A DNA stretch of 64,000 nucleotides from a virus (IMGVR_UViG_2767802086_000001:1-64000); one strand, 5' to 3'. Counted from the first letter of the stretch, positions 7,885-17,950 are shown. Program-made: numbers and translations. Notes: a model not told the origin generated them from the letters alone.

Positions 7885-9576
7885 TCAGCTGACGCCGTAC
7901 CACTGCGAGGCCCAGCCGGTGTTGATGATCGTGGTGGTTTGGCCTGACAGGGCGAGGCTGGCTGGCAGAGTCGTCTGGGCGCTGAGCATGTTCGAGTAGC
8001 GCAAGTTCGGTGCGGCAAGCCCTGCGTTGGTGGACGAGCCGGCGCCAGAGGCCTTGAACGTCAGCGAGTTCGTCGCCCACGTGCCATTCAGCAGCATCGC
8101 AATGAAGTACGTGCCTGCCGCGGCGGTGAACGGCGCTGCGAGCGCCAACGGCTTAGCGACGGCGCCGGACATGAGCGAGGTACTGATGTCCGCGGTCGCA
8201 CCCTTCAGCGTCCCCGACGAGTCGTAGACGCCGAGGTAGCAGTTCGCGAGGACCGCGGCAGCGTCGACGCCAGCCAGCCCGAGCCAGATGTTCGACCAGG
8301 TGATCTGCTTGCGGAGGATGAGCCGCACCAGCGTGATCCGCCCGGCCACACCGGCGTTGGACTGGGCGGTGACGTGGCCGGCCTGGTTCGGGTCGTAGGT
8401 CCAGGCAAGCAGGCCCTGTTCGGACGGCAAGTCCGATTGGGTCTGCTCCAGCGCGGTGCCACTGCTGGCCGGGTAGGCGCCGATGCCCGCGAGGGAGATT
8501 GGGTCGGAGCCGCCGCTGTTATGGCTCGTCGCGTGCACGGTCGGGGTGCGGGCGTCGGAGAGCCTGCTGTCGTTGCCTGCGGCGGCGGTGGTCCCTGTGG
8601 TACCGAATGCGACGGCAAGGCTGCGGTCGGCGGTGAGATTGCCGCCGCCGGTCAGGCCAGTCCCTGCCGTGATCTGCCTGGATGTGGGAACACGGGTGGC
8701 GATCTGGGTGTCGGTGTACGCGCGGTCTCCGTGCGGGTCTGCGGCGGCGGCGTGGCTGGTGACGGCAGCAGTGGCGGCGCCAGCCGTGTCAGCCCCTACG
8801 TCTGCCGCGGTCAGGGGGTCGGTGCCGCTGGTGCGGTGATTGGCTGCGTGCACGGTCGGGGTGCGGGGGTTGGTGGTGGTGGGGTCGGTGGATTTCAGGG
8901 CGATGGTGTCTCCGGCACCGGCCGCACCGAGTGGAGGCTGCGGTCCGGTCGCTCCTGTTGCCCCCTGTGCGCCAGCGGGCCCGGCGGGTCCCTGTGCCCC
9001 TGGTTCGCCTTGGAGTCCGATCGGACCTTGAGCTCCGTCCTGGCCGTCCGACCCGTCGGCGCCGGCGGGACCGGGAGGGCCAGATGCTCCCTGCGGGCCG
9101 GGCTGCCCCTGGGGTCCGGTGGCTCCGGTCTCGCCTTGCGGTCCGGTCTCACCCGCTGGCCCGGCTGGCCCGGCGGGACCGGCTGAGCCGGCAACAGGGA
9201 CGTATTCGGCGCGGTCCGGGTCGATCTCCTGGATGTCGCCGAGGTCAACCTCAGGCTGGTCAACGCTCAGCTGAATATAGAAGCTGCGAACCGGTGCGCC
9301 GATCAGATTCACCGTGACGAGCCACGCGAACGATGCAGGGTTGGCGCCGGGGATGTCGTTGGGGAGGAGCTGCACCCCTTCGGTCTCCCCGTCGACCAGG
9401 ACGCCATCGACGATGCTGTACGTACCGGAGCCCGTGAACACGTCTGGGACGCCCGGGAGTTTGATGGCGACGGCTGTTGGGGCGAAGGTGACGGTGCCCT
9501 CGCCCGGTCCCCCGCCGACAGGGTTCGTCGCTTCATGACGGACCAGAACGGTGGGCACGCCTTCGGGGAACGCCAT
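7885..9576 (-). CDS. Collagen-like tail fibre / minor virion protein
   Basis: About 28 G-X-Y triplets ([18 protein letters not shown]...), [13 protein letters not shown] and GTGLTGGG fibre motifs; ATG at 9576. Confidence 0.8.
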   Translation of the reverse strand: MAFPEGVPTVLVRHEATNPVGGGPGEGTVTFAPTAVAIKLPGVPDVFTGSGTYSIVDGVLVDGETEGVQLLPNDIPGANPASFAWLVTVNLIGAPVRSFYIQLSVDQPEVDLGDIQEIDPDRAEYVPVAGSAGPAGPAGPAGETGPQGETGATGPQGQPGPQGASGPPGPAGADGSDGQDGAQGPIGLQGEPGAQGPAGPAGAQGATGATGPQPPLGAAGAGDTIALKSTDPTTTNPRTPTVHAANHRTSGTDPLTAADVGADTAGAATAAVTSHAAAADPHGDRAYTDTQIATRVPTSRQITAGTGLTGGGNLTADRSLAVAFGTTGTTAAAGNDSRLSDARTPTVHATSHNSGGSDPISLAGIGAYPASSGTALEQTQSDLPSEQGLLAWTYDPNQAGHVTAQSNAGVAGRITLVRLILRKQITWSNIWLGLAGVDAAAVLANCYLGVYDSSGTLKGATADISTSLMSGAVAKPLALAAPFTAAAGTYFIAMLLNGTWATNSLTFKASGAGSSTNAGLAAPNLRYSNMLSAQTTLPASLALSGQTTTIINTGWASQWYGVS

Positions 9577-10274
9577 CAGAGCCTCCTGTATGCGGCAGTC
9601 ATCGTGAGCAGCCCTGCACCGAGGAGGCCTCGGCGCTCGGACGACGACTTCGACGGGGCGCTTGTCATCTGGCACGTGTAGTGGGCGCCACCGGTGCTGT
9701 CGGGCGCGCACTCGTAGGTCGTGCCGGTGCCATCCGTGAACGTCCAACCCGACGGCGCCTGTCCCGGATCGCCCTTGTCGCCCTTGTCTCCAGCCGGACC
9801 AGCCGGGCCAGGAACGGTCGAGTCGGCACCGGGCGGGCCGGCCGGACCCTGCGGGCCAGGCACGGTGGAGTCGGCGCCCGCAGCACCCGGCGTACCGGGC
9901 GCACCAGGTGACGGGGTCACGGTCGGGGCGGCCTTCCCGGGGTCCCCCTTGTCGCCCTTCGGTCCCGGCGGGCCCGGGATCGGGACGGGGACTTCGGCCC
10001 TGTCCGGGAGGTCTTCGACTGCCTTCGCCGGGTCCGGTGCTGCCGGGGTGCCGCCCTTGGCCTGGATCTGCGACCGCAGTGTCCGCACGTCGGTGGCAAG
10101 CGTTGTGACCGCATTGCCGCGCCGGTCCGCCTCTGCGGCCAACTGGTCGCCGCGCTGCTGCGCACGATCGATCTGGAGGAAGGCCAACGCCAGGCCGCCG
10201 CCGAGGAACAGGAGCGCAGCAACAATCCACAACAGGTAGCGGCGCCGGTACAGGATTCGCTCAGTGCGCGTCAC
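9576..10274 (-). CDS. Membrane-anchored collagen-like protein of the lysis region
   Basis: N-terminal TM, coiled coil, [11 protein letters not shown] repeats, two Cys, C-terminal hydrophobic tail. Confidence 0.8.
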   Translation of the reverse strand: MTRTERILYRRRYLLWIVAALLFLGGGLALAFLQIDRAQQRGDQLAAEADRRGNAVTTLATDVRTLRSQIQAKGGTPAAPDPAKAVEDLPDRAEVPVPIPGPPGPKGDKGDPGKAAPTVTPSPGAPGTPGAAGADSTVPGPQGPAGPPGADSTVPGPAGPAGDKGDKGDPGQAPSGWTFTDGTGTTYECAPDSTGGAHYTCQMTSAPSKSSSERRGLLGAGLLTMTAAYRRL

Positions 10275-10537
10275 GGCGTCCCCCCAAGCTGGGTGACCAG
10301 CTGCCGTAGGCGTGCCACTTCGAGCTCCAGCCGCTCGACCTGCTGCTCGGCTGTCGCTTGATCCTTCTCCGCCTTGTCCCGCTCAGCTACCAACTTTGCG
10401 GTGAGGCTGTCGTATCCGGTGATGACTCCGCCCTCCCGGGTCGCCCTGGTAGCGCCCCGGGATCCTTGAATGGCCGCTGCCGCAGCTACCGGGCTGGCCA
10501 GCAGTGCGGCCAGCGCAGTGATCATGGCAGCGTCCAT
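10271..10537 (-). CDS. Small membrane/coiled-coil lysis-region protein
   Basis: MDAAMITALAALL hydrophobic N-terminus plus coiled coil. Confidence 0.7.
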   Translation of the reverse strand: MDAAMITALAALLASPVAAAAAIQGSRGATRATREGGVITGYDSLTAKLVAERDKAEKDQATAEQQVERLELEVARLRQLVTQLGGTP

Positions 10538-10566
10538 ACGTACTCCCGAGGCGCTCGGTGGGCAGC

Positions 10567-10887
10567 TCAGACGCTCGTGACGGGGCTGCTGGTGCGAAGG
10601 CTGTCCTGCGCCTTCCCGCTGACGCCCGTCGGCTTCCACAGACCGAAGTGGGAGAGGACGGCAGTGCCGAACGTCACGAGCGACAGAACCGCTGCGGTGC
10701 CGACGCTGTATCCATCCCCGTGGCCGGCGTACTCCACCAGGAACCCGTTCAGAGTCGACAGGGCCAGGAGCAGCACCGCCTTCGTGCCGGCGTTCGTGAC
10801 GCGGGTCGTGACGAGACCGACGAGGACCGGGAGGACGACGCTGACAGCGAGGCCCAGCCAGTAGGCGGTGTCGAGGCTGACATTCAT
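10567..10887 (-). CDS. Holin
   Basis: Three TM segments, directly downstream of endolysin. Confidence 0.8.
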   Translation of the reverse strand: MNVSLDTAYWLGLAVSVVLPVLVGLVTTRVTNAGTKAVLLLALSTLNGFLVEYAGHGDGYSVGTAAVLSLVTFGTAVLSHFGLWKPTGVSGKAQDSLRTSSPVTSV

Positions 10888-10908
10888 GAGGAGATCCGTT
10901 TCTGTGCG

Positions 10909-11832
10909 TCAGTTGGTGACGTTGAAGCCGTGCTTGGCGCCGAGCTTGGTGAGGGAGGCCTTGCCGGGGATGCCGTCGGCGGCCGTGCCCGTGTAGCCGC
11001 CTCCGGCCTTGGACCGCTGCCATGCGGCGTAGGCGGCCACGGTGATGGAACCGAAGTGCCCGTCTGAGTACTTCTTCGCGAGTAGCCCGGCGTTGACCAG
11101 GGCGGCCTCGACCGTGCGAACGCCGGAGTACGTGACCGGAGTGCCAACGGCCTTGGGGTTCGAGCGGGCGGCAGCGATCAACTTGGACAGCGAAACGGAC
11201 GGCTTGACAGGCTTCGGAAGGGAGGGTGCGGCCGGCGCCTTCGTGCCGAGGCGCGTTGCGATCCGGCTGCGCATCGAGTCCATGGTGAACCCGCGCGGGT
11301 CGACCTTCCCGGGCTGCCATTCCAGGTGCCCGATGACCGAGCGGGCCGTCCAGCCATGATGTCGGCAGATCGCGGTCGCGGCCTTCTCGATGGCCTCCAA
11401 CTGGGCAGCCGGCCACGGGTCTTTGCCATCGCCGAGGTTCTCGCACTCGAAGCCGTAGAAGTGCCGGTTGCCATCGGTGCTGGCCTGGTTGTCCGCAGGG
11501 AGCGCGGACTCGTCGATGACGGCGGCGAGGACGTCGGGGTCGCCCAATCCGGCGTGGTTGGCGCGCCCGTAGCCGACGAGGTGGACCCATCCGTTCTTGG
11601 CGATGACGCCGTGGCACAGGGGGCCGGGCAGGTCGCTGCGGCCGTCGCGGCAGATTCGCACGGTGGCCGCGGTGCCGGACGTGACGGTGTGGTGGATCAT
11701 CACGCCGTTTACCGGACCCCACGGGCCCTTGGAGTTTCGGTTGTGCGTCTGCCAGTTGCCCTCTTCGACGACGGTCAGACCTTCGGCGCGGAGCAGCGCC
11801 GCGAAGGTTGCGGCGGTTGGTGCTGTGGCCAT
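10909..11832 (-). CDS. Endolysin, N-acetylmuramoyl-L-alanine amidase with peptidoglycan-binding domain
   Basis: GVMIHHT, ANHAG, YGFECEN, VIGHLEW amidase_2 motifs; DGHFG/ADGIPG PG-binding. Confidence 0.93.
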   Translation of the reverse strand: MATAPTAATFAALLRAEGLTVVEEGNWQTHNRNSKGPWGPVNGVMIHHTVTSGTAATVRICRDGRSDLPGPLCHGVIAKNGWVHLVGYGRANHAGLGDPDVLAAVIDESALPADNQASTDGNRHFYGFECENLGDGKDPWPAAQLEAIEKAATAICRHHGWTARSVIGHLEWQPGKVDPRGFTMDSMRSRIATRLGTKAPAAPSLPKPVKPSVSLSKLIAAARSNPKAVGTPVTYSGVRTVEAALVNAGLLAKKYSDGHFGSITVAAYAAWQRSKAGGGYTGTAADGIPGKASLTKLGAKHGFNVTN

Positions 11833-11856
11833 GCGGGTCTCCCTCGAATGCGCGCT

Positions 11857-11918
11857 ACCTTCAAATCGTAGCTTCACTACACACATTTACCTACGATTCC
11901 CAGGCGACAGGCTACTCT
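11857..11918. promoter_or_regulatory. Divergent pair of putative late-promoter boxes (lysis operon and glycosylation operon)
   Basis: ACCTTCAAATCGTAGCT 11857 and ACCTACGATTCCCAGGC 11889 followed 7 nt later by TACTCT. Confidence 0.55.
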
Positions 11919-12015
11919 GGGTGCGGGTCTTGGCTCAGGCCCTGCGGTGGGGCTCCGGCCGTGCGGGTCCGGGCCCCACCGCAACCAACCCGCACCCACC
12001 CGCACGGGAGCCCAC

Positions 12016-12762
12016 ATGAAGGACCGCACCGACGGCTACGTGCCCGACGGCCTATACCTGCAAGGCCGCCCGCACCTCGTTGAGATAGCCCCACCCCGAG
12101 ACGGGCAGTACGTCACGGCCCGCGAGACCCTAGGCCTCGCCGACGAGTTGAACCGAGAAGACCACTGGCGCTGGGCCGACGTCTCCGGCAACGGCACCCA
12201 CTGGTCGCACTTCGAAGGCCACCACGTTCAGATCGACATCGGCTTCCACACGGAGAACCGGCGCGAGGTCAACCAGTGGAAGGGCCGCGACGAGATCCGA
12301 GCCGAAGGAACCTGGACACTCGCCCTCGCCCGGCAGCAGGTCTGGGAAGGCTGCATCCGTCGCAACCCGCTCGACGAGCTGATAGAGATCCGTCGCATTG
12401 CCCAGCGGCTCATCTACCACGAGGCAATCGACTGGCGGTCCTCCAAGCCGGTGGCGGAGCAGCTCCTGGGGCGACGGGTCTACTACCAGCGGGTTCCCGC
12501 AGTCGTCTCCGGCACCAGCGTTCTGTCGCAGGGTTGCGTGATGCTGAAACCGGTCGGTGTCGATCTGTTCCTGCCGCACGTCTCCTGCCTCGCCAACGAC
12601 GAGGAAGACCACTGGAACCGGGACGAGGTGAAGGTCGAACTCCTCAGCCCCGACGTGTGGTGGTGGCGAGACAAACCCGCCGGAGAGGAAGTTGACCTGC
12701 GGGCCGTCCATGATCCGAGCGCCTGCCAGGTCACTGCGGCGGCACCGCTGGAGGAATCATGA
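12016..12762 (+). CDS. Hypothetical protein, first gene of the inverted operon
   Basis: GGGAG RBS, 248 aa, Trp-rich; no family recognised. Confidence 0.75.
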   Translation: MKDRTDGYVPDGLYLQGRPHLVEIAPPRDGQYVTARETLGLADELNREDHWRWADVSGNGTHWSHFEGHHVQIDIGFHTENRREVNQWKGRDEIRAEGTWTLALARQQVWEGCIRRNPLDELIEIRRIAQRLIYHEAIDWRSSKPVAEQLLGRRVYYQRVPAVVSGTSVLSQGCVMLKPVGVDLFLPHVSCLANDEEDHWNRDEVKVELLSPDVWWWRDKPAGEEVDLRAVHDPSACQVTAAAPLEES

Positions 12763-13148
12763 CCGACTTCAACCGCCCCGGCGACCACAGCTCTGCAGCT
12801 GTCGCCCGGCCGCCGCTCACCCTGTACGAGGTACGCACCACCCACGGCGAGGCCTACTGGGCTGAGGGCGACGTCATCGAGCAGGGCGACGGCTGGTTCA
12901 CCCTGTGGGCCAGCGAGATGGTCATAGCCCTCCGGCTTCCCGAAGCTGACATCCGGGCCGTGCGGTCAGTTACCGAGGGCGAGCGGGAAGCCGAATCGGG
13001 ATCCGAGAGGCTCTCCAATCCTGCACTCGCCTGTCCCACCGGTCAGCACCATCTCCACCCTCTCTTTAGCTGCAGCGAGGTGGACTCGCAGCAGCGGGCG
13101 ATCAACAAGCGGATTGCCCCCGCCAGCGAGGAGGGGGATGCGCCGTGA
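12759..13148 (+). CDS. Hypothetical protein
   Basis: GGAGG RBS, ATGA overlap. Confidence 0.65.
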   Translation: MTDFNRPGDHSSAAVARPPLTLYEVRTTHGEAYWAEGDVIEQGDGWFTLWASEMVIALRLPEADIRAVRSVTEGEREAESGSERLSNPALACPTGQHHLHPLFSCSEVDSQQRAINKRIAPASEEGDAP

Positions 13149-13306
13149 ACACCTTCCAGATCATCCAGCTCGCCATGACCGCCGTCTTTGCCATCAGCGC
13201 CACCGTCGTTGGCGTACAGGCCCACCGGGGCGCCCGCATCGCCCAGGATGCGGCAGGGCGAGCCGAAGCCGCCGAGCGCCGTATCCGGGGCGGCATAGAT
13301 GACTGA
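13145..13306 (+). CDS. Small single-TM protein
   Basis: GTG start overlapping previous stop; IIQLAMTAVFAISATVVGV; not in the ORF track. Confidence 0.55.
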   Translation: MNTFQIIQLAMTAVFAISATVVGVQAHRGARIAQDAAGRAEAAERRIRGGIDD

Positions 13307-14291
13307 CCTCGACGTTTTCGGCTGGCAGGCGGACGAGTCGGGCTGCAGCTACTACCGCATCCAGCTCCCTCTCGGTGGTCTGGCTGCGCTCGGGCACACG
13401 GTGGCGCACTCGCTGCGGATGCCGCCCGAGGTCCGTGACAGCGTGTCCACGGTGATCGTGGGGCAGCGGGTCTGCAAGCCCAACCCGTCCAAGCTGTGGC
13501 AGGCCTTGGCCGCCCAGGGGCGCAAGTTGATCTATGAGATCGACGATAACCTGTGGAACGTCGACGCCTCCTCCCCTGCCGCGCACGCGTTCTTCGCCGA
13601 CCCCGAGATCCGGGCCAACCTGCAACGGAACATCGAGGTGGCGTCGGCGGTCACCGTGACGACGGAGCCGCTCGCCGGCATCGTCCGCCAGTGGAACCCC
13701 AACGTGCACATCGTCCCGAACGCCGTCCCGGACTGGATGCTCAACCACCAGCCACCGCAGCGGAACGACGGCCTGCTCACCATCGGCTGGGGCGGCAGCG
13801 CAACCCACAACATGGACTTTGCCGAGGTCGCCGACCCGCTGCGCCAATTCCTCAAGCGCAACGAGGGCACCGAGTTCCACTGCATCGGCAACGACTACGC
13901 CCAGTGGATGCGGATCCCTCGCGAACGCGCCCGCTTCACCCCGTGGGTGCCCGGCGTCGACGACTTCCTGCGGGCCATCGACTACCACGTCGGGATCGCC
14001 CCGCTCCGCCCGCACCTCTTCAACCAGTCGAAGTCGGCACTCAAGGCCCTGGAGTGCGGGGCCCTCGGCATCCCCGTCGTCGCCGCCGCAGTCCGCCCCT
14101 ACGAGGACTACGTGCAGGACGGCACTACCGGCTACCTCGTCCACCGCGACCACGAATGGGGTCAGCACCTGCGGGCCCTCATCAACGACCCCGCCATGCG
14201 TGTCGAGATGGGCGCAGCAGCACGAGACCAAGCCGCCGAGCACACCATCAGCCGCCGGGCTGCCCTCTGGGAGAAAGCGATCCTCGGATGA
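13299..14291 (+). CDS. Glycosyltransferase, GT-B fold (GT4-like)
   Basis: GCSYYRI, YEIDD, IGWGGS, FNQSKSALKALECGALGIPVVA, DGTTGYLV. Confidence 0.9.
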   Translation: MTDLDVFGWQADESGCSYYRIQLPLGGLAALGHTVAHSLRMPPEVRDSVSTVIVGQRVCKPNPSKLWQALAAQGRKLIYEIDDNLWNVDASSPAAHAFFADPEIRANLQRNIEVASAVTVTTEPLAGIVRQWNPNVHIVPNAVPDWMLNHQPPQRNDGLLTIGWGGSATHNMDFAEVADPLRQFLKRNEGTEFHCIGNDYAQWMRIPRERARFTPWVPGVDDFLRAIDYHVGIAPLRPHLFNQSKSALKALECGALGIPVVAAAVRPYEDYVQDGTTGYLVHRDHEWGQHLRALINDPAMRVEMGAAARDQAAEHTISRRAALWEKAILG

Positions 14292-15298
14292 CCAAGCACG
14301 TTCTTCTCACTGGGGCGGCCGGGTTCGTTGGCTCCCACATGCTGCACCGCATCCTCCAGGACACGGACTGGCGGGTGACCTGCCCCGTCACCCTTCGGCA
14401 CCACGGGAACAGCGACCGTCTCGCCCCGTTCCTCGCCGACAGGCCCGACTGGGCGGACCGTGTGCGCACCTTCCTGTGCGACCTGTCCTGCCCGATCCCC
14501 GCCACCGCAGCCGCGGAGATCGGCCTGGTCGACTACATCCTCAACATCGCCTCCGAATCGCACGTCGACCGGTCGATCAGCGAGCCGGTGCCGTTCGTCC
14601 GGAACAACGTCGAACTGATGCTCAGCCTGCTGGAGTTCGCCCGCAAGGCGCAGCCCGAGGTGTTCCTCCACATGGGCACCGACGAGGAGTACGGGCCAGC
14701 CTACGGGGACTACAAGCACCGCGAGTGGGACACCGTCCTGCCCTCGAACCCGTACTCGGCAAGCAAGGCCGCCCAGTCTGCGCTCGCCACGGCCTGGTGG
14801 CGCACCTACCAGATTCCGCTGATGCTCACGCGGACGATGAACCTCATTTCCCCTGGCCAGGATGGGGAGAAGTACATCCCGACCGTGATCCGCAAGGTGC
14901 TCGCCGAGGAAACAGTCCAGATCCACGCCTCACCCGACGGCATCCCCGGGTCCCGACACTGGATCGACGCCCGCGAGTTCGCCGGCGCCTGGCTGCACCT
15001 CCTTGAGCACGCCGACGTCCAGCGGCACCCCGACCACGACCGGCCCACGATGTACCACGTCGTCGGTGAGGAACAGTCGAACCTGGAGATAGCGCAGGCC
15101 ATCGCAGGCATCCTCGGCAAGCCCCTCAAGTACGAGCTCGTCAGCTTCCATTCGAGCCGGCCAGGCCACGACCTTCGGTACGCCCTCGACGGGGCGAAGC
15201 TCTCCGAGCTGGGCTGGACACCACAGCGCTCCCTGAAGGAGACGCTGCAGGACATCGTCGACTGGTACGTCGCCCGCCCCTCGTGGCTGGGGGCGTGA
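14288..15298 (+). CDS. NAD-dependent epimerase/dehydratase (dTDP-glucose 4,6-dehydratase-like)
   Basis: TGAAGFVG, ASESHVDRSI, TDEEYG, NPYSASK, RPGHDLRYA. Confidence 0.92.
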   Translation: MTKHVLLTGAAGFVGSHMLHRILQDTDWRVTCPVTLRHHGNSDRLAPFLADRPDWADRVRTFLCDLSCPIPATAAAEIGLVDYILNIASESHVDRSISEPVPFVRNNVELMLSLLEFARKAQPEVFLHMGTDEEYGPAYGDYKHREWDTVLPSNPYSASKAAQSALATAWWRTYQIPLMLTRTMNLISPGQDGEKYIPTVIRKVLAEETVQIHASPDGIPGSRHWIDAREFAGAWLHLLEHADVQRHPDHDRPTMYHVVGEEQSNLEIAQAIAGILGKPLKYELVSFHSSRPGHDLRYALDGAKLSELGWTPQRSLKETLQDIVDWYVARPSWLGA

Positions 15299-15954
15299 TG
15301 ACGCACCTGACGACGCTCGGCCCGGAGCAGGCCGACCAGTTCGCCAGCGCCAAGCCGTTTCCGCACCTGGTGGTCGACGGCATGTGGCCCGAGGCGCTCC
15401 TCGCCAGCATCGACGCCGAGTTTCCGGCCGCTGGTGACCCGCGGTGGATCACGTACCCAGACGAGAAAGAGCGCGGGAAGAAGGCCGGCGACAGCCGCAT
15501 GTGGGGCCCGGCAACCCGCGGGTTCTTTGACGCGGCCCGCGGCCCCGAGGCGTGCCGAATGCTGGAGCTCCTCACCGGGATCAGCCCGCTCACCGCAGAT
15601 GACATCGGCGGCGGCATGCACGAGACCGGCGAAGGCGGCCGGCTGGAGATGCACCGCGACTTCAACGTGCACCCGACGCTCCCGCTAGAGCGCAGGCTGA
15701 ACATGCTCGTCTTCCTCAACAAGGACTGGGACCCGGCCTGGGGCGGCACCCTGTACCTCGGCAAGAACCAGGAAGTCTCGGTCGTCCCCGCATGGAACAG
15801 GACGGTCGTCTTCGCCTGCGGTCCCGACTCCTGGCACGGTCATCCCGAGCCGATCGTCGGCAACCACCTTCGGCGCTCCCTGGCGATCTACCAGTACGCG
15901 CCGCTGCGTGCCGAGACTGCCGACGCGCACACCACCGTGTGGAGGACTCCGTGA
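15298..15954 (+). CDS. 2OG-Fe(II) oxygenase (prolyl-hydroxylase-like superfamily)
   Basis: PFPHLVVD, GGGMH, HRDFN (HxD), WGGTL, WHGH, RRSLA. Confidence 0.88.
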   Translation: MTHLTTLGPEQADQFASAKPFPHLVVDGMWPEALLASIDAEFPAAGDPRWITYPDEKERGKKAGDSRMWGPATRGFFDAARGPEACRMLELLTGISPLTADDIGGGMHETGEGGRLEMHRDFNVHPTLPLERRLNMLVFLNKDWDPAWGGTLYLGKNQEVSVVPAWNRTVVFACGPDSWHGHPEPIVGNHLRRSLAIYQYAPLRAETADAHTTVWRTP

Positions 15955-16613
15955 TCCCGACGTTCGCTGTGGTCCCGTCCGATGGGCGCCCGGTCCTCGA
16001 TGAGTGCCTGGCCGCCGTTGCTGACCAGGTCGACGCGATCATCTTGATCGGCAACAACTGGCAGCGCCCCGTCGGAATCGGAGGGCCCACCACCTACGTG
16101 ACGTTGGACTGCGGCGCCGACCGCAATATCTCTCGCTGGTGGAACCAGGGCCTGCGCAAAGCAGCCGCCCTTGCCCGGCGCCGCGGTTACGCCCAGTGGA
16201 ACGTAGCCGTCCTCAACGACGACGCCGTCATTCCGACCAGCTGGGTTGAGGCGCTGTCCGCAGCGATGCGCTCGACGACGGCGGTCCTGGCGTATCCGGA
16301 TCAGTGCGGTGGGCAGCAGCAGATCCTCCACACGAAGGCCGAGCCGGTGGACCTGCGGCAGCGAATCACCGGTTATGCATACATGCTCCGCGGCGAGGCC
16401 GGACTCCAGCTCGATGAGTCGATGGCTTGGTGGTTTTCGGACGATTCCTTGGACTGGGAATCCCGAGAGAACGGCGGGGCCCTCCTAGTGCCAGGCATCC
16501 CCGTTCGGCATCTCTACCCCAACGGGTTCACAGACGCCCACCCCGAACTGCAGGAGCAGGCAGGCCGGGACCGGGAAACGTTCATCGCCAAATGGGGAAG
16601 GGCCCCTCACTGA
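15951..16613 (+). CDS. Glycosyltransferase, GT-A fold (GT2-like)
   Basis: NISRWWNQG, VLNDD (DxD-like), WWFSDD, VRHL. Confidence 0.78.
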   Translation: MIPTFAVVPSDGRPVLDECLAAVADQVDAIILIGNNWQRPVGIGGPTTYVTLDCGADRNISRWWNQGLRKAAALARRRGYAQWNVAVLNDDAVIPTSWVEALSAAMRSTTAVLAYPDQCGGQQQILHTKAEPVDLRQRITGYAYMLRGEAGLQLDESMAWWFSDDSLDWESRENGGALLVPGIPVRHLYPNGFTDAHPELQEQAGRDRETFIAKWGRAPH

Positions 16614-17137
16614 TGCACCCTGAAGCGCACGACGCTGTTGGTCGGATGCTCGACCTGTCCGGGATAGACCGCGCCGCCTCGTGGCGGGTCCTCGACCTCG
16701 GCGGCCGGGATATCAACGGCACCATCCGCAGCCACCTGCCGAAGGCCACATGGACCGGGACGGACATCGAGCCGGGGGATGGTGTGGACATAGTTCACGA
16801 CGCCACCCTGACCTGGCCTGCAGATGCCGGGCAGTTCGACGTGGTCGTCTGCACGGAAGTGTTGGAACACCTGCCGCTTTGGCGGCTCGTCCTGCATACG
16901 GCGGCCGAGGCCTTGGAGCCCGGCGGCCCCGAGCTCCTCGTCGTCACCTGCGCGTCCGACGGCAGGCCTGAGCACGGGGTCGCAGGGGCGCCGCTGCCGG
17001 CCCCCGGCGAGTGGTACGCCAACGTCCCGCCCGGCCACGTCCGGGAGACCCTGGAGACCCTGTTCGAGCAGGTCCACGTTGAGTACCAGGCCAACCCCGG
17101 GGACGCCTACGCGTGGGCGCAGGGGGTGCGGCGATGA
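16613..17137 (+). CDS. Class I SAM-dependent methyltransferase
   Basis: VLDLGGRDING, GVDIVHD, FDVVVCTEVLEH. Confidence 0.88.
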   Translation: MHPEAHDAVGRMLDLSGIDRAASWRVLDLGGRDINGTIRSHLPKATWTGTDIEPGDGVDIVHDATLTWPADAGQFDVVVCTEVLEHLPLWRLVLHTAAEALEPGGPELLVVTCASDGRPEHGVAGAPLPAPGEWYANVPPGHVRETLETLFEQVHVEYQANPGDAYAWAQGVRR

Positions 17138-17733
17138 TCCCCGGGATCACGGTGGTCATCCCCACCCACACCGGCCGCGTCCGGAACGGCATGACGAAGC
17201 GCGCCATCGGCAGCGTCCTAGGCCAGACCCTTCCGGCTGCCAGCATCATTGTCGAGCACGACACCGCCGGTGCAGGGGCAGCCGCCACCCGGAACCGCGG
17301 GCTGCAGAAGGCCACCACCGAATGGGTCGCGTTCCTCGATTCCGACGATCAGCTGAAGCCGGTCCACTTGGAACGGCTGATGGAGTGCGCGATCGAGGGC
17401 AGCGCCGATTACGTGTACGCCTGGTACGAGGCGGTTGGGTTCGGTGCGGATCCCCTGCCGCACTTCGGGCGCACGTTCAACCCGGAGAAGCCCACACAGA
17501 CCACAATCACCACGCTGGTACGCACCGAACTTGCGCAGAGCGTCGGCTTCCGCAAGCCACCCGAGGGCGCACTCATCGACGGCGAGCGGTACGGCGAAGA
17601 CTTCCTTTTCACCGTCGAGTGCGTGAAGGCCGGGGCGCGCATCGTGCACCTGCCCGAAAGAACGTGGCTGTGGAACTTCCACGGCGCCAACACCTCCGGC
17701 CTGCCCACCCAGGGCGACGCCCGCATCCGATAG
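17134..17733 (+). CDS. Glycosyltransferase family 2
   Basis: ITVVIPT, AIGSVLGQT, TRNRG, WVAFLDSDD, GEDF. Confidence 0.92.
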   Translation: MIPGITVVIPTHTGRVRNGMTKRAIGSVLGQTLPAASIIVEHDTAGAGAAATRNRGLQKATTEWVAFLDSDDQLKPVHLERLMECAIEGSADYVYAWYEAVGFGADPLPHFGRTFNPEKPTQTTITTLVRTELAQSVGFRKPPEGALIDGERYGEDFLFTVECVKAGARIVHLPERTWLWNFHGANTSGLPTQGDARIR

Positions 17734-17743
17734 GAGCAGCACC

Positions 17744-17950
17744 ATGGCACGACAGATCAGCATGGAAGCCGGACTCGCCGCCTACCGCAAGAAGTGCAAC
17801 GAGCTTTTCGACGCGAACGTTCTCCTTGAAGCGCAGCTCGAAGAGCTGGAGCGGGAGAACGAGCAACTGCGCAATGCCGCATGCGCCAACGCGACCGAGG
17901 CGACCGTCGCGCCGGGAGACTACGCCCACCCTGACGGGCAGCGGGCGTAG
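17744..17950 (+). CDS. Small coiled-coil protein
   Basis: AGGAG RBS; last gene of the operon. Confidence 0.65.
   Translation: MARQISMEAGLAAYRKKCNELFDANVLLEAQLEELERENEQLRNAACANATEATVAPGDYAHPDGQRA

Noticed and set aside
8930-9190. Tandem DNA repeats or CRISPR-like array
   Set aside because: Periodicity is explained by collagen G-X-Y coding; no repeat-spacer structure or cas genes in the window
13553-14287. Extended N-termini in the ORF track (e.g. 13553..15298, 7885..10230, 10271..11722, 32162..33346)
   Set aside because: Extensions overlap upstream genes out of frame; RBS and start/stop coupling support the shorter starts
15298-15954. TET/JBP-type DNA base hypermodification with the C5 methylase and GTs
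   Set aside because: Motifs look like the prolyl-hydroxylase-like 2OG family, and the operon lies among late genes far from replication; kept only as an alternative
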